Shown here in pieces: positions 63,764 through 64,000 of a stretch of 64,000 nucleotides of DNA (position 1 is its first letter; the number at the start of each line of letters is the position of its first letter). Under the pieces are notes generated by a model. It saw only the letters and a list, made by a program, of their open reading frames with translations. It was not told the origin of the DNA and made no database searches. This DNA comes from Raillietiella orientalis. Its lineage: Eukaryota. The stretch covers positions 682,001-746,000 of the forward strand of contig JAYWIR010000019.1 in NCBI GenBank assembly GCA_036172245.1. Direction: 5' to 3'. A program made the position numbers and the translations under genes.

Positions 63764-64000
63764 TTATCGTTTGATTATGCTATCAAATGCTTTTATCTGT
63801 TTAGCATTTCCCCAGAGGTCTAAAAAACTCTCTCTCTCGTGTTTGAGGGATTCTTCTACATTTTTCTCTTTTCCATTAATTATTATTCTCTTAATAGCCT
63901 GCACTAATTTAGCATCATCGGAAATGAGATTTGCTAGCCATTTTTTAGCCTCCTCTAAATGATTGTGTTCTTCAATGGTTGCAATTGAAAACTGAAGCTT
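63764..64000 (-). CDS. ECHDC1: ethylmalonyl-CoA decarboxylase (ECHDC1-like crotonase), 3' end only
   Basis: Open minus-strand frame from the window end: KLQFSIATIEEHNHLEEAKKWLANLISDDAKLVQAIKRIIINGKEKNVEESLKHERESFLDLWGNAKQIKAFDSIIKR*. It resembles the ECHDC1 C-terminus pattern LEEAxxWL..ALK..LEExLxxER..xWG. Confidence 0.75.
   Translation of the reverse strand, partial: KLQFSIATIEEHNHLEEAKKWLANLISDDAKLVQAIKRIIINGKEKNVEESLKHERESFLDLWGNAKQIKAFDSIIKR

Noticed and set aside
63375..63962. 195-aa plus-strand ORF
   Set aside because: Antisense to the ECHDC1 last exon and 3' UTR; composition typical of AT-rich non-coding DNA.

Overview
Eukaryotic, animal (invertebrate, arthropod-like) genomic DNA with very short GT-AG introns (40-60 nt are common). 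No prokaryotic features, CRISPR arrays, rRNA or intact tRNA were seen. By manual splicing I can support eight protein-coding genes: the 3' part of a giant KASH/nesprin-type gene (<1-5475, +) whose upstream giant exon carries a ~1.76-kb tandem repeat, an annexin (+), RABIF/MSS4 (+, missed by the ORF track), a SMAP-type ArfGAP (-), PINK1 (-), a short SDCCAG8-like coiled-coil gene (+), acyl-protein thioesterase LYPLA/APT (+) and the 3' end of ECHDC1 (-). There is also a heavily decayed cadherin-repeat relic (~55.2-58.5 kb, -). The window alternates between GC/CpG-rich domains full of retroelement relics (~1-24.4 kb, ~31.6-43.4 kb) and AT-rich, CpG-poor domains holding housekeeping genes. Notable mobile DNA: (i) an L1/Tx1-type LINE family whose diverged copies end in a conserved GC hairpin, usually just after an AATAAA-like hexamer, with no poly(A), two copies having exact 14-bp target-site duplications; (ii) four ~0.8-1 kb extremely AT-rich foldback elements sharing a ~25-bp terminal inverted repeat; (iii) a ~230-bp inverted repeat with Penelope-like hallmarks; (iv) a tRNA-derived SINE. 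All homology calls come from recognising motifs by eye, not from database searches.
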